Shown in pieces: positions 63,225-64,000 of a stretch of DNA of 64,000 nucleotides; within the stretch, counting starts at the first letter, position 1; each line of letters begins with the position of its first letter. The notes under the pieces are model-generated. The model was not told where the DNA came from. It did no database searches and worked only from the letters and a program-made list of their open reading frames with translations. The stretch is from Rhizophagus irregularis. Its lineage: Eukaryota. The stretch lies in NCBI RefSeq assembly GCF_026210795.1, contig NC_089432.1, positions 3,596,001-3,660,000 of the forward strand, given 5' to 3'. Position numbers and translations under genes: made by a program.

Positions 63225-64000
63225 TCAGGAATACGCCTCAATCTGCAAGTATTTGTATAATTTTTGCTCGCTTTTCCATTTTTTCTAGATCTTATATTGT
63301 GATCTTGTTGCTATCAATCCATAATTTTTTAATTATCTAATGGGCTATTCTGAAAAACAAACAGTGCATTAGATCTATGACAAGGTACCTTATCAGATTA
63401 AAATATGACAATCGAAGCAATTTGGACCATCTAACATGGGTCGAACTCACATGACATTTTCTTTCCTCCTCAGATTTACATAGTCTCCAAAGCTCAGCAT
63501 TCCATGATGTTCATCCATATCTCTTTCTACAAACCAGTCAACCATATCATCAAAGCCGCCAAAATTTGATTTATTTTCATTTCCATATGAATTTGCTGTT
63601 TTATAACACCTATGGCAGCTCACTGATGCTGATGTGTGACTGCAGAGCTTTCTCGCCACAGAAATATCATTTGAACAGCATATTAATGCAAATCAGATAT
63701 TTTTTTCAGCGGCGGGAATCTTAATCCCATCCCAGAACTCTAATAACTCATCAATAATCAGAGCGAGATAATGATTAATTTTGTGTAACTTAACCTTGCT
63801 TGGTCCTGGTAGTAGACCAAGCATCAACATATTTTCTTTTTTAAATCTAATTTCACATGGTATGACTCAAAAGGCTGAAACCAATCAAGATTAATTATAT
63901 TTTCTAAGTGAGAATCTGCAGTCTCCGGTATAAAAATGGGACATCTGAAGTGTCTAAAAAAGTTTTCCAGATTTTACCATCATAAATATCTGCTAACATA
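63225..64000 (-). mobile_element. CACTA/EnSpm-superfamily (Transposase_21-like) transposase pseudogene, running off the window end
   Basis: INLDWFQPF, KENMLMLGLLPGP..V....INHYL..IIDELLEFWDG, ALICCSNDISVARKLC......CHRCYK, WSKLLRLSYFN.IRYLVIDLMHCLF. Stops and frameshifts. Confidence 0.85.

Noticed and set aside
1..64000. tRNA, rRNA or endobacterial (horizontally transferred) genes
   Set aside because: No cloverleaf or rRNA-like segment was recognised by eye, and all intact genes are intron-containing eukaryotic families. tRNAscan-SE and Infernal were not run, so small ncRNAs cannot be excluded.

Overview
Very AT-rich eukaryotic DNA with short GT-AG introns, clearly fungal. Intron style, gene content and repeat families suggest an early-diverging fungus, probably an arbuscular mycorrhizal (Rhizophagus-like) species; this is an inference. 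The window has two compartments. About 2.7-38.7 kb is a gene block of seven spliced genes: DOT1 H3K79 methyltransferase, TAF4, a Rim15/Greatwall/IRE-type AGC kinase, CDC4 F-box/WD40, a SIT4/PP6-associated SAPS protein, a 90-aa three-exon protein missed by the ORF track, and a four-finger C2H2 transcription factor. About 41.3-64 kb (and roughly 0.6-2.3 kb) is a CpG-poor transposon graveyard. It contains MITEs with readable TIRs/TSDs, a ~185-bp satellite, a 7.8-kb pogo/CENP-B element holding a three-level nested insertion and a head-to-head pair of ORF1-only LINE-like elements, a DIRS RT-RNaseH-methylase remnant next to a 220-nt hairpin, and a CACTA-type transposase remnant. I found no rRNA, tRNA or CRISPR. 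All exon boundaries and family assignments were read by eye and need database or RNA-seq confirmation.
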